A stretch of DNA of 64,000 nt from assembly GCF_009914755.1 (NCBI RefSeq), contig NC_060930.1; one strand, 5' to 3'. The notes beneath the pieces are model-generated. The model was not told the DNA's origin. It searched no databases and saw nothing but the letters and a program-made list of their open reading frames with translations. This document shows, in pieces, positions 31,892 to 47,913 of the stretch (position 1 is its first letter; each line of letters opens with the position of its first letter). This stretch comes from the human T2T-CHM13v2.0 reference genome, Homo sapiens. The translations under genes and the position numbers were made by a program.

Positions 31892-34800
31892 TGATGCAAT
31901 TAATTACTAAATTACTATTTACTATAATTAAGTACTGAAAAGTTATTTACTTCAAGGAAAATCAAATTTAAAAATGAGAATTAGTAATTTGGAGTCCTTT
32001 ATATGCTTGAAGTTATTTCTTCTCGAGACCAAGGAAAGGCCTGTTATCCTAAAATACAATTTTGCTGAATGAAATATGTAATCATGAATTCACTGAGTAG
32101 AAATAGTTGTAAATTTATCAAAGATAATAAATTATTCCTAAAGGATTAGAATGACATTAATAAAACTAAGAATCTACAAAGCCCCAAGAGATTAAGTTCA
32201 AATAGGGAGCAGTTCACAGTGGGGAAAATAACCCAAAAGCCCAGAGGGAAAGACTAAAACAGTAGGGACAGCTTATTCCAGAAAAAGGAAAACTTAGTAG
32301 AGATTAAACATTTTCCAATACTTAAAAGGAGATTGAATGTTTATTGAGTTATTGCCAATTAAGGGAGGATTTAATTGGCTTAAACTCATATTTTTGAGGG
32401 AGTTTGGTTTAGATTTTTTATACCAGAAATCTCATTTCTCATCATAGCTTAAAGAAGAATAAACTAAGCACCTTCCTACAATGTCTTAAGGAAAAAGATA
32501 ATTAAAACCCTATCTGAAGTGGCACATGGAGTCAAGTTCTCAAGCTTCTCTATAGCTACAGTCTTCATCTGAGTTTTGCAAATTTAACTTATGCAGCTGA
32601 TATTTACCTATACAGAAAACACCTTGATTTTAAAAAGGGACTGAAATCCACATTAAAGCAGTGACTCTTTGTAAGGAGTTTCCTTCATTAATGCAATTTC
32701 CACTCCTATTATAATCATGTCGTGCTGTTCACCAGAGATCTCTGTTTGCAGAACTGCACCAGCCAAGGGCTCCAGTACTTCTGTCCATGGTACTGAGGAG
32801 TGAGCCCTTTATCTGAAGAGCAGCTGCAGGGCATACTGGAATTGCACTATATTTGAAAGCACCTGGAGTCACTGGAGTCCCCTTAATTATGCTGAGGAAT
32901 GGGGCTCTTTGGTCTTATGCTATCATTAACTGTGAGACCTTGAGCAAGTTGCTCAACAATTCTAACCCTTTGCTTCTTCTTCTGTAAACCAGAGGAATAA
33001 ACCACATGCTGTCTATGCAAGACCTAACGGAAAGGTCGTGTGGATACTGGGAAAAATCACTGACTTTCTTTCTGCTATTCTCTATGCTTTATGACTTAAA
33101 AAGACAGACTCCAAAGGCATATTGTTGCTTCTGTCTTAGTCATGAGACATGAAGTACATCTGTATGTCTTCCCAAATTGATCAAACAACAAAATATTGCT
33201 TAAAGAATCAAGCATAGCCATGTTTACTATATTTTATGTGAAATTACAGAAGTTACTATGGTAATTAGGTGGGTTAAACATTAACAGGAACAATGTCTTG
33301 ATGCTGTTCTTCTCAAGAATGATTTCAAACTCTCTTGATCATCTGAACTGAGTCACTCTGATTGTTCAAGAGTGGAAGAGAAAAGAACGTGAATTAGTCA
33401 CAAAGGAAGAAAACAGTCTGTACCCATTTATAAGAGAAAAAACAAAATTAAAGTTTCCCAAAGAGAAACAAGAACCTCAGGTCAAACAAATAATGCACTT
33501 AATCTCTACCAAAACACCTTGAAAAACTGCTGTCTGGAATGAATTAAAGAGCCCAATTGCCTCTTAGGTGCAGAGTGCTCAGCAAGCCAGTTTCCTATGG
33601 AGAGTAGAGACAGCTTTTTCAAGTAAGACTCCAGCAAGAACAATAACACCATCAAGTCCTTCTTACTGTACTCCATGGTGCATTCAGTCACAGAGTCTAA
33701 CTGCTGCTTGAGACTTCCTGGGTCAAGAGAATCTGGTTCCATCCTTCTCTCTGCTAGCTGAAAGCCCCGAGATGGGTTTTATTTTAAAATATTAAAGAGA
33801 AAGTGAAGAAAACACGAGCCTAGCTCTGTGAACTGTGAAACTATCTGCTGAACACCCCAGAAGGGTCATCCAGCAGTGTCTTGATGGTGTTGTACCAAAA
33901 TGTATCGTTGCAATAGGTTTAAATTGAGTGGCTGTGCACCAGTGATAAGTGTCATGCCAATAAACAGATCCAATCAGACACAGAGCCAGAGAATTGGCAG
34001 GGGAAAAAACTAGTCATTTGGCCTTTTTAGCCCACACTGCAGCCCTTATTAATTGAGCAGAGGGTGGTCAGGTAAGTGAGAGAACAGCTCAGTAAGATTT
34101 GGAGAGATGAAGGAGCAGCTATTAATGTGCGGATTCTTCTCCATCAGGAACTAGGACAGGGCTTTGGGATAGAGGGACAAGGAGAAACCAAAGGCAGAGG
34201 AGGGGAAGAGGGATGAAGAAATAGAGGGAAAATGGTGCTTTTCTTCTTTCTTCACATTAGGAATGAGAAGGTTGTTTCTGAAGATCCACCCGCACCCCAA
34301 GCACGCAGGTGGGTGGCCAACTGCATATCTGGATTAAGCTGCAGTTAGTTAGTTCTCACACAGTGTGCGTTAGGAACTGTTAAAGGATCCCACACTAATG
34401 AGGGAATTGGGAATGGGTCTGACATGGTGTCGCTGGAAAATGAGACTCCCTACACTCTTCCCAATAGAGACGATGAGATGCGACATAAACATCAAGCAGT
34501 CTCCTGTCTCCCTGAGCTGGTTTTACTTTTTCAAAGCCTAGGAAGCCACAGGAGAGTGAAAGCTGAGACAAAAATTTAGAGAATTCTTTCCAGGCTTGAG
34601 AATAAACAGGATTTTTTTTTTTTTTTTGTAAATTGAGGTATAATTTATAACCTAAGGTGCCTGGTATGCAGTGTTTTTAAAACTGTATCTCAAATTAATA
34701 ATTTTAAAACCAAGTGCTAAGGAATGAGGTTTTGTGGGTAGAGTTTCAGCCTACCTGTGGCAAAATATATATAAGCCATCCTGAATGCAAGGCTGGCACC

Positions 34801-35356
34801 AAGGTATTGGAATATATTTTGCCAGCTAATTAACAAAGGCTACCCTAGACAGTGAGACGATGAAGGGTGATTATGATAGATTGTAGTGCAGCTCTAACTA
34901 CAGAATTATCTTGGCAATAGCATCAGGCAACATAAAAAAGCTTCCAAACATATCCACAGCTAAATGCATTAAATGCATGATTACTTACTCCAAGTAAGTG
35001 CACTTCCTCTAGGTAGATTAACTTCAGAATCTAGGCAATATGTATAGGCACATTAGAAAGATTTTGGTATTAAAAAGATCTCTTTGTTACACTTTTTATA
35101 AAGGCCAGAAGCAATAAAAGTGCCTTTCTCCCTTTTTCTAAGCAAACTTAAGCAAAAAATAAATAAATAAATAAGATAAAATTGTAGGTCATGGCCACAT
35201 CCATGCAAAATATCATTACCAATGGTCACATTTTTATTTTCTTTAAGACAAAGACCCAATACATGTCTTAATTTCTTCTAGCATTTGGATGATTGTCTGT
35301 GAAAGGGCCTTAAACCCACCACCAGGCAATATGACAGAAATGGTTCCGGAACTTAC

Positions 35357-35461
35357 AATCTTCTTCTCACGTTTGCTATTGTGTTCTACTGGCATGCTGC
35401 TGCCATTGCTTCCTGAGGGTACAATGCAGCCAGGGTTATGTGCCTGAGGTGGAGGCATGCT
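35357..35461 (-). CDS. KIF13A: KIF13A exon ~38, 105-nt cassette exon (SMPPPQAHNP...SKREKKI)
   Basis: TTTGCAG| acceptor, ATT|GTAAGT donor, phase 0-0, 35 codons. Confidence 0.93.
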
Positions 35462-35688
35462 CTGCAAAGGTTAAGACACACAGATGCATCACACACAAAG
35501 ACGACAACGGCCAAAATACATATTAAGTACATGCAAGTTAGAAAAGCAATGCTAACACTCTTATTACATGTGAGTAATGCAGCAGCCAATTCTGCAGGCC
35601 AGAGTTAAACTACTGGAGAGATATGACAGGAATAAACAGATTCTGTGGCAAAAAGCATAATTAGTCTTATTTAAAAAACAGCCTTTTG

Positions 35689-35815
35689 ACCAGGTACAAC
35701 GGCTCATGCCTGCAATCCCAGTGCCTTGGGAGGCTGGGGCAAAAGAATCACTTGAGGCCAGGAGTTTCAGACCAGCCTGGGCAACACAGCAAGACCCTAT
35801 CTCTATAAAAAACAA
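35689..35815 (+). mobile_element. FLAM/Alu monomer
   Basis: Diverged Alu left monomer. Confidence 0.75.
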
Positions 35816-36150
35816 AATCAGAAATCCCCAAAAAGACAAAAAAGAAAAATAATTTTAAAAAAGGCCTTTAATCTTTTCAAAACACCTAGAAAACATCTTT
35901 CTCACTTGAAACATAAAAAAATACTTTGAAAAGCCATAAACACAAAGAAATAAAACCACAGCAGCAACAACAAACAAGAGATTCTACCATGACTCTGCAT
36001 GCTTGAGAAAGAGGAATTCGAGAACGGGAACCATGGAGTGATGACCGTGCATGTCCACATGCAGCACTCAGCTTGTTAATGCACACTGCTGCTTCACAGG
36101 TGACACAACTCTGCTCTATTCTGCATAGTACAGACAAGTCAAGCATTTAC

Positions 36151-36302
36151 CTCCTGGCTTAGAAGAGGCCTTGCTTCCAGGGCTATCCTTTTCTTATGCT
36201 CCTCTTTTACAGGCATTAGGGGCTTGAAAAACTTTGGTGGCTGAGGAGAGAATGCTTTAAAAGGGCTGACGGTTAAGGCATGAGGAGTCTCTGATGTACA
36301 AC
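36151..36302 (-). CDS. KIF13A: KIF13A exon ~37 (GCTSETPHAL...RPLLSQE), 152 nt
   Basis: CCCTAG| acceptor, GAG|GTAAAT donor, phase 1-0. Confidence 0.95.
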
Positions 36303-36449
36303 CTAGGGAAGATGAGAAGTTATGAGGTTACAGATGCTGAACACTTTAAGCAAAACATAGGAACTGAGACAATGACCCAGCCATGGGAATATCTGGGAGA
36401 ACAATGAAATTCATAGGCTAATATTTGGCTAAGCATTAAAACAGATGTA

Positions 36450-36716
<267 letters not shown>

Positions 36717-37719
36717 CCATGGAACAGATGTAGGCAAGAATAGACATAAATCTGTGATGTCACAAAGAGTTACTAAAGTGCTAGTCTGTGTGAACAAAGT
36801 GAGATAGCAAATTTCTACACTCTTTTCAAGATCCAGCTTAAGCACCACTAACCAGACCAATTTCAGCTCACGCTGATTTTCCATTCCTCTGAATTCTCAC
36901 AGCCCTTATTATCTGCATGTTCATTTTGGCACCTTATCATTTAACATCTCATTTTCTGTGTATCTTATTTCCATAGTTATAAGACAGAAAGTAGAGGCTC
37001 AATAAATATTCAATGAATTAATACTGTGTAAATTTTCTTGCGAGCCTCTTTTTTCCCCCTCAGGCCACCCTGCTATATATGACTAAGGGAGGACAATTCT
37101 TCTTCCTTGCTTGTATCATTTCTTACCTTTTTGGCCTCTTTCCTCCCTTTCCAATTTGTTAGTATAATGGCGAATATACCTTATATTTTACCTACTAATA
37201 TAAGGTATAAGGTAACAGAACCGATATATATGGCCAAAGAATACTGTTCCCATTAAGGCACTGGTAGACTGTATAATTTAGGTAATAATGTCACCATGAA
37301 TCAAACTCATTTTGGGTATCGTTTTTGAAAACTGCTTTATGAATCAAAGTCATGTTCTTTTAAAAATTCCTTTGAGTACACAAATATGACAGAGCTGGAT
37401 ATTCTGGTAGAAAATAATAGGATTTGTATGTGTCTCAAAACTGGACTTGAAAGTCAGGAAATGATGACAAAAAATGATTCAGAAGTTCTAAAGTAATATA
37501 CAAAAAGTCTATGATTATTTGGGTGATATGTTGGATACAAAACAAAAATAAATCAAATAAGTGAATGTTATATGTTACATTCAATAACAGTTTTGTATCA
37601 TCTAGTTAACTAGAATATCAGCTTCATATCTTATTATATGCCATTAATGAAAGACATTTTTTCATACTTTTTCTAAGTAATTACAAAGAAATATCACTGC
37701 AAAATAATCTCACCACTAC

Positions 37720-37825
37720 CTTCTTTATTCCTTCGAGGAGAATCCCTGGGTAAAGTTCCATAACATGCTACATCTTGGTAACTGGAGCTATAGTCAGACA
37801 TGTCCAACTGGTTCTCTGGCCAACC
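37720..37825 (-). CDS. KIF13A: KIF13A exon ~36 (GWPENQLDMS...PRRNKE), 106 nt
   Basis: TTGTAG| acceptor, AAG|GTAGTG donor, phase 0-1. Confidence 0.94.
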
Positions 37826-38654
37826 CTACAAGGTAAAAATATGGGTTAACTGTAATTGAATCACTCCAAAATAAGAAATAAAGCCCAGGTTGGAGTTTCT
37901 TCTGTTTTTTTTTAATGGCAGCATATGCTCTTCTTTATTTTTATTATGATTTATTTCAAATATACAGAAAGGGCTGAATATCGTAAAAAATACTGTCATA
38001 TCCAAGGTATACCCGGAGTGAATACATGTTAATATTTTATTATATTTGCTCAAGTTTAATAAAATTATTACAAATGTAGTGTGATCTTTTGGTCCCATTC
38101 ATCTTCCTTCCTCCCCAGAGGTAGCTACTTTGAGCAATGTGGCATATACCCAGAGTGACTTGATAATTTAATGACCAAACTGAAACACTCTCAAAGGACA
38201 ACTGTTCCATTAGTAATTCTGCCTGGGTAGAAGGCACAGCTGAGACTGTCCAAGGCAAATTTGGCAGTGTGGTTACTCTACCTATATTTGAGATTTAAAA
38301 GTTTCAAAGAGGCATAAAGTATTGGTATACAAAACAGAGAAAACGCTGGCATATCATACGAGCTTACTTAATCTTATGTCAACTTATCAGGAGTTGATTG
38401 CCTCTGAAGACTAAATTTTAAACTTCTTAAGGACATAAATCTGTGCTTATACCTTTTGGATCATCTAGTCTCTAGCATAGTAACTCATATATAATATGTA
38501 TTCAAGAAATATTTGTTGAATAAGATCATGTTGCAATCTGTCCTTAATTTTAAATCCCCTCTTTTACCCATTGAAATAATTTTGATTATGCTATGGTGGA
38601 TGTAACACCTTCTCCAATCATTTAGAGTTAAACCCATAAACACACAGATATCTA

Positions 38655-39089
<435 letters not shown>

Positions 39090-39256
39090 TTATTTGCTTA
39101 CAATTAAGATGGGAAGCCCAGAGATTTTTCTTTTTCTTTTTTTTTAAACTGACAGGATCAACCAGGTGAGGCCCAGAGATTTTAAAAACACCAAGATCCC
39201 ACAACTTTCCAGACTAAGATTCTACTAAAAACCTAGCCATGCCCATAGGTGCATAC

Positions 39257-39304
39257 CTTGTCATCTTCATCAAAGCCAGAAAGGTCCGGTCGGCTGGAAG
39301 AGAC
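39257..39304 (-). CDS. KIF13A: KIF13A exon ~35 (VSSSRPDLSGFDEDDK), 48 nt
   Basis: CTTCTCTTATAG| acceptor, AAG|GTATGC donor, 16 codons. Confidence 0.93.
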
Positions 39305-39399
39305 CTATAAGAGAAGAATGGTTTTAGCAATGTGGTTTATATATTTAATATAAGGGGTTTTTTTTATATAAAGAAACAGAATGTCACAGTTGAAGCCTG

Positions 39400-40870
<1,471 letters not shown>

Positions 40871-41518
40871 TTCTAGAGAACAGGAAGGCAAATAAGCCTG
40901 TGTTTTTCCTTGGAAAGACCTTACTTCTACTCAGCTGCTTCTGGGAAGTGGCTGCTTAGAAGTGCTCCATGCACTAATCTGTCCTATCCCTCTGTGACAG
41001 TGTCCCCCCTGCTAGGATCAGTTTCTGTCAATTGGATTTTCTAGATTAACTGGTTGAGAAAAATAACGAAAATGGTCAAAGGAACAACTAGGGACTCCAA
41101 GAGTGCCTACATGCAGTGGCTGACTCCTTATCACACTGATGGTGGCAGACTCAGAGCCACCAGGGCAGCTAGAATGGGCACAAAAACTGACCCTGGAGCA
41201 GCCAGCGTCCAGGGACTCGGGTGCAAGTATTCATAGCTGACTCCACCATCTGTAACCAACTAAACTCAATTTATATCTTAAGGAACTTCTTTCAAGGAGA
41301 TAACTTGCTGAACAGGAATTCATAAGATTGAACAAATGGCTCAGTCTTAGACAACTGTGCTGCCTGGTGTGTGTCCCTGGTACAGAGAAGCAGGCTACAC
41401 TTTGGGATGCCCACACCAGTTCCATAAGCTCTACTGCCACTGTGTGAATCCCACCTTCCCCCACCCCAGAGGCTGCGACATGTCACATAGGAGCAGATCC
41501 TTGGCAGGATGCACTTAC

Positions 41519-41596
41519 ATTATGAACATTTGGTGTACTGAGGCTCCTCCGAATGTGCCGGGCTTTGGTGGAAAGTGCTTCTTTGACTGTGACGGC
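41519..41596 (-). CDS. KIF13A: KIF13A exon ~34 ([10 protein letters not shown]...TPNVHN), 78 nt
   Basis: TTACAG| acceptor, AAT|GTAAGT donor, 26 codons. Confidence 0.95.
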
Positions 41597-41625
41597 CTGT
41601 AAACATAATAATTTGAAAATAACAC

Positions 41626-41925
41626 TTTTTTTTTTTTTCCCCAGAGACAGAGTCTCACTCTGTTGCCCAGGCTGGAGTGTAGTGATGCGATCTCTGCTCA
41701 CTGCAACCTCTGCCTCCTGGGTTCAAGCAATTCTGCCTCAGTCTCCTGAGTAGCTGGGACTACAGGTGCACGCCACCACACTCGGCTAATTTTTTTTTGT
41801 ATTTTAGTAGAGACGGGGTTTCACCATGTTGCCCAGGTTGGTCTTGAACTCCTGAGCTCAGGCAATCTGCCCACGTCGGCCTCCCAAAGTGTTAGGATTA
41901 CAGGCGTGAGCCACCGCACCCGGCC
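41626..41925 (-). mobile_element. AluS
   Basis: Alu consensus; tail ~30 nt from the exon-34 acceptor. Confidence 0.88.
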
Positions 41926-42101
41926 ATTACTTTATTTTTTATTCTAATTATAAAAGTAACATATGTTTATTTATAGATTTAAATATAGACTGCATCAGTT
42001 CTACATACATACACATTTATAAAACTGAAATATTATTTTACCCACTTATTATTATTTGCTTAGCAATTTATCAAAAATTTTTTTTTAAGATAAATAAAAC
42101 T

Positions 42102-42408
42102 GCAGGGTGTGGTGGTTCATGTCTATAATCCCAGCACTCTGGGAGGCTGAGGCAGGTGGATCACAGACAGGAGTTCGAGACCAGCTGGCCAACATGGTAA
42201 AACCCTGTTTCTACTAAAAAATACAAAAATTAGCTGGGCATGGTGGTGGGTGCCTGTGGTTCCAGCTATCTGGGAGGCTGAGGCACTACAATTGCTTGAA
42301 CCCAGGAGGCAGAGGTTGCAGTGAGCTGAGATTGTGCCACTGCACTCCAGCCTGAGCGACAGAGCAAGACTCTGTCTCAAAAATAAATAAACAAATAAAT
42401 AAATAAAA
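42102..42408 (+). mobile_element. AluS
   Basis: Alu consensus, (AAAT)n tail. Confidence 0.85.
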
Positions 42409-42769
42409 CCAGGAAAACAGCAGAATGGAAGACATTTATGTTGTGAAATTTTTATACAGGTGGACAGAGAAAATGTAGAAGAGGTACTTCTAACTATGTA
42501 TCTCATTTGCAAAATGACAATGAAGTGTGATGCTGTTTGTATTTTACTCATGCAGCAATTCAGGTGGGATTTCCACTAAGGGAAGATTTTTCTGACAGAT
42601 GCCAATTACATTCCTCCTATTAATCAACACCTCCCCCAATAATGTCAACTATTGCTCCTATGAAATGACATATCTTATCTTATAGTTGCATTACTTAGTG
42701 GATTATTTTCACTTGAATGACCTGTCGTCACCTCAAAAGTTAACTCAGGTCTAAAAATTAGGGAGATAG

Positions 42770-43028
42770 TAAGTCTGTGTTTAAGCATATGTGCTTTGGA
42801 GTCAAGCTACTTGGCTTTACATCCGACTTTGTACCACTTCCTAGCTGTGTAACCATGGGTGAGTTAGCTAACTTCTATCAGCCTCAATTTTCTCATTTGA
42901 AAATGGGGATTTCAACAGTACTTACCTCAGGGGGTTATCTTGAAGATTAAATGAAATAATATATCTAAATTACTCAGGCTCAGTGCTTGGCAAGTAGGGG
43001 TTATTCAATAAAAGTTAGTCATTATTTT
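42770..43028 (+). mobile_element. MIR
   Basis: gctttggagtca...ccacttcctagctgtgtaacc.tggg...aaaatggggat...gattaaatga. Confidence 0.78.
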
Positions 43029-43187
43029 TATTTTGGTTACTATTTTGCCAGAGTCCTTTCAATAGAGATGGCTCAAGTGCTCCTTCTCTGATAGATTTAG
43101 TGAGGTGTTTGGTAAGTAAATTCATATCTGTCCATTGGGGGTGAAGGCTGGTGCTTTCATCCTCGGTCCAGATATTCAGTTACTTGC

Positions 43188-43340
43188 CTGCCGGAGCCGT
43201 TCAAGACTCAGAATGTTTTCCACCTGCAGCACGCCTCGAGTGTACTTCTCAATGTACGTCTCCCCATCTGATGTGCCTTCGTTTTCACTCCTTGCTGCCA
43301 GGAGAGCCAGCGTTTCCCGGTCCTCTATCTCCTCAGTTGC
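43188..43340 (-). CDS. KIF13A: KIF13A exon ~33 (ATEEIEDRET...LERLRQ), 153 nt, GC donor
   Basis: CGTAG| acceptor, CAG|GCAAGT donor; 51 codons keep frame with the next exon. Confidence 0.94.
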
Positions 43341-43484
43341 CTACGAGGACAGGAAGGAAGTGACAATACTTTGATGTGAACAACGTTTTCATCCAAAGTG
43401 TGGTGAGAAAACGTTTTAGAAGTCTGGAGAATGAACACATTCTCCATTATTTAGATACTGATATTTTTTAAAGTAGCATATATA

Positions 43485-43896
<412 letters not shown>

Positions 43897-43952
43897 CTAG
43901 TAGAAAAAAAAAAAAGCTGTATTAAGCTATGTGACAAATGTAAGTTATTTTG

Positions 43953-44257
43953 TTTTTTTTTTTTTTTTTTTGAGATGGAGTCTCGCTGTCGCCCAGGCTG
44001 GAGGGCAGTGGCGCGATCTCGGCTCACTGCAGGCTCCGCCCCCTGGGGTTCACACCATTCTCTTGCCTCAGCCTCCCGAGTAGCTGGGACTACAGGCGCC
44101 TGCCACCTCACCTGGCTAACTTTTTTTTTTTGTATTTTTAGTAGAGACGGGGTTTCACCGTGTTAGCCAGGATGGTCTCGATCTCCTGACCTCGTGATCC
44201 GCCCGCCTTGGCCTCTCAAAGTGCTGGGACTACAGGCGTGAGCCACCGCGCCCAGCC
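43953..44257 (-). mobile_element. AluY (Ye-like)
   Basis: ggctccgccccctggggttc variant; TSD agttattttgt. Confidence 0.85.
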
Positions 44258-44941
44258 AGTTATTTTGTATTTTACAAATTGTAGAAGCATTACAAGTTAC
44301 TATGTTTTTGAAATGCAGAATACTCAGCATAACAGAAAAAACTGAAGCTAAGAATCCCTGTCTCCAACCCCAAGGGATACTAACGTCCAGCTGTTAGTTG
44401 GGAATTTGACTACAGAATCTGCAGCATGTTCAGGATTTCTGTGGTTGCTTCTCTCTCCCATCTGCTGCCTTCCTGTGATCTCTCCAGGGCTTAATCAGTC
44501 TTTCCTGAGATGGCTAGAACAACACTGGAGAGGATCAGTTTCACTGACAGCACCTCTGAGATGGGATCCGTCAAAGCAGTAGGATAGGGATTTGTTTGGA
44601 GTCTGCCTTTTGTCCTGGTTTTGTCACTCACTTGCTTGGACCTGGCACTTAATCTCTCAGCCTCAGTTTTTCTACTTTTCAAACAGTGAAATATCACAGC
44701 TCCACTGCCTGGTAGGATTACACCTCTCCAATCAGTCAAGGTGAAACTGCCCTTACTGGATGACACTGACCTCTGCTATCCTAATGCCCACTACCTTGGA
44801 TAAATGAGAATCAGACTATAACTTGGCCAGGATGGTCATGTTTTGCACATCACAGCACCAAAAAACACTGCTTTGTGATAGAGAGAGGGAAAAATCTTTT
44901 GAGCTCAGAGCCAGAATGGCACAATCAGGCCCCGTTATTAC

Positions 44942-45118
44942 CTGTTTGTTGTAAATATTGGCTGCAATTCGTTTTCGTAATACTAACTCCATAGCAGCAG
45001 GGTGGCTGAGTTGAACTGTGGTTTTCACAATTAGGTAAATCCTTTCATTCTGTGGTGTGACCCTATTCAAGTGAACAGAATCATGCACCGAGGAATCCCA
45101 AGAGGCTGTGGCTGAAAC
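44942..45118 (-). CDS. KIF13A: KIF13A exon ~31 (VSATASWDSS...ANIYNKQ), 177 nt
   Basis: CCTAG| acceptor, CAG|GTAATA donor, 59 codons. Confidence 0.96.
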
Positions 45119-45388
45119 CTAGGAGTTGGGGAATGATGAGGAGATGGAAACAAGACAAAAGTCAGATGTAGCAGTTTTACAGGACATACAAGAGAAAGAA
45201 AATAAATTCAACTCACTGTAATCAAATAGATTTCTTTCCTCACCTTTTTTAAACAGCAACACAAATGTTCTATTTTTTAAAGTCCCCGGTCTTTTTCCCC
45301 AAAGCAAACCATAGCAGTTTAGTGAGCAGGCCCACAAGCCTTGTGTGCTAATCTGAAGCCTTTTAAGAGAAACTTGGGGGTTAATTAC

Positions 45389-45513
45389 CTCATCATCACT
45401 GTGCTTTATGATGGGCAGGTAGAAAAACTGGCTGCCATGCTCCTTGGGCAGGATGGAGTTCACGCCGGATGCATGGGGGCCAACAAGCTGCTCATTGGCA
45501 CTGAGGTCATCCG
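45389..45513 (-). CDS. KIF13A: KIF13A exon ~30 (ADDLSANEQL...IIKHSDDE), 125 nt
   Basis: GTTAG| acceptor, GAG|GTAATT donor, phase 1-0. Confidence 0.95.
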
Positions 45514-45699
45514 CTAACCACATCAGGAGCACAGAAAAAACAGTAGGGGAAAGTCAGTTTTTAAGCAAACACCAAAAATTTAAATATATGCTTTTTACAG
45601 TTGAAGTTTACACATAACACATTTTTCTTTTTTCTTTCATTCCTTATTCTGCAGTTGAAATAGAGACTCCAAGACTCACAACAGCTTTTTTTCTTTTTT

Positions 45700-46878
<1,179 letters not shown>

Positions 46879-47857
46879 ATCTTAGAATTTTGCTGCTTTC
46901 TGAGGTCAATTCCTCCTGTAAACTGTTAGGTTTGTTGTCCTACTTAATAACTTACTATAAATTAGAGATTTTAGCAATGAAATCAATTTAGAATCAAAGT
47001 TCTGAGCACTTGGGAGAAATATGAAGATTATCTTCTTCCAACATCCTATCCAATATGGGGTTCGCCCCTCACAAATCTCTGTAAATGGCCAACTAGTCTT
47101 TGTTTATATACCTCCTATGACAGGGAACTCACTATCTTATGAGGCATACATTCAACATCTAGGCTTTAAAAAAGAAATTCTTCACATGAAGAGCCAAAGC
47201 CACCCTCCCTGTGTCTTCCATCCATTATTTTGGGCTTCCTTCTAGAACAGAGGTTTTCAGGCTGTGTTTTGAGGAGCCCTAGGGCCCTGCCAAAGGATCT
47301 ACCAGGATCCTGCCCACTGCAAACTCAGCAACTCTGCCGTTGTTTTCTACACATGGGGTTCCAGTTAATATTTCGTTTAGAAAAGGATTGTTCTGCTAAA
47401 GCACATTGGAAACCATTGTTCTAGACTTGCCCAGGTTCCATCTAATTGCAATATGAAGGACAACCCCTAAGGCAGGGTTATAGTGTGATCACTTCTGCCA
47501 TCAAAACTATTTGAGGAGAGTTAAGGGCACTAGTCAGAGATGCAGATTCATAGGCCCTTGCCAAGCCTAAAGACTCAGAATCTCTAGGGGTGATTACTTT
47601 CCAGGGTAATTTCTATGTCCACTGTTTCAGAGCAACTGTGCTAATGCTCGTGCATGCAGTTCTCAATCACCCTATGTGCTCTTTTTTTGATTATCCACAT
47701 ATCATGCTTATATACGTTTAATGAGAACAAAAATGTCACCCAATTTGGCACATGAATGATTAGAAGAGTGATTTAAGGATCAAAATAATGTGAATCTGGA
47801 TAGATTACAAACCTTAGTTAAATACAATAATCCCTGTGACTTTAAGTGTCTACTTAC

Positions 47858-47913
47858 CATTCAAATCGAGGAAGAGAACTGGTATGTGGGTTTCCATTCC
47901 AGGAGGTGGGATC
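47858..47913 (-). CDS. KIF13A: KIF13A exon ~29 (IPPPGMETHIPVLFLDLN), 56 nt
   Basis: TTTAG| acceptor, ATG|GTAAGT donor, phase 2-1. Confidence 0.94.

Noticed and set aside
32725-32812. Possible acceptor CTCTTCAG in intron 38
   Set aside because: The phase-0 frame hits a stop within ~28 codons and there is no convincing donor
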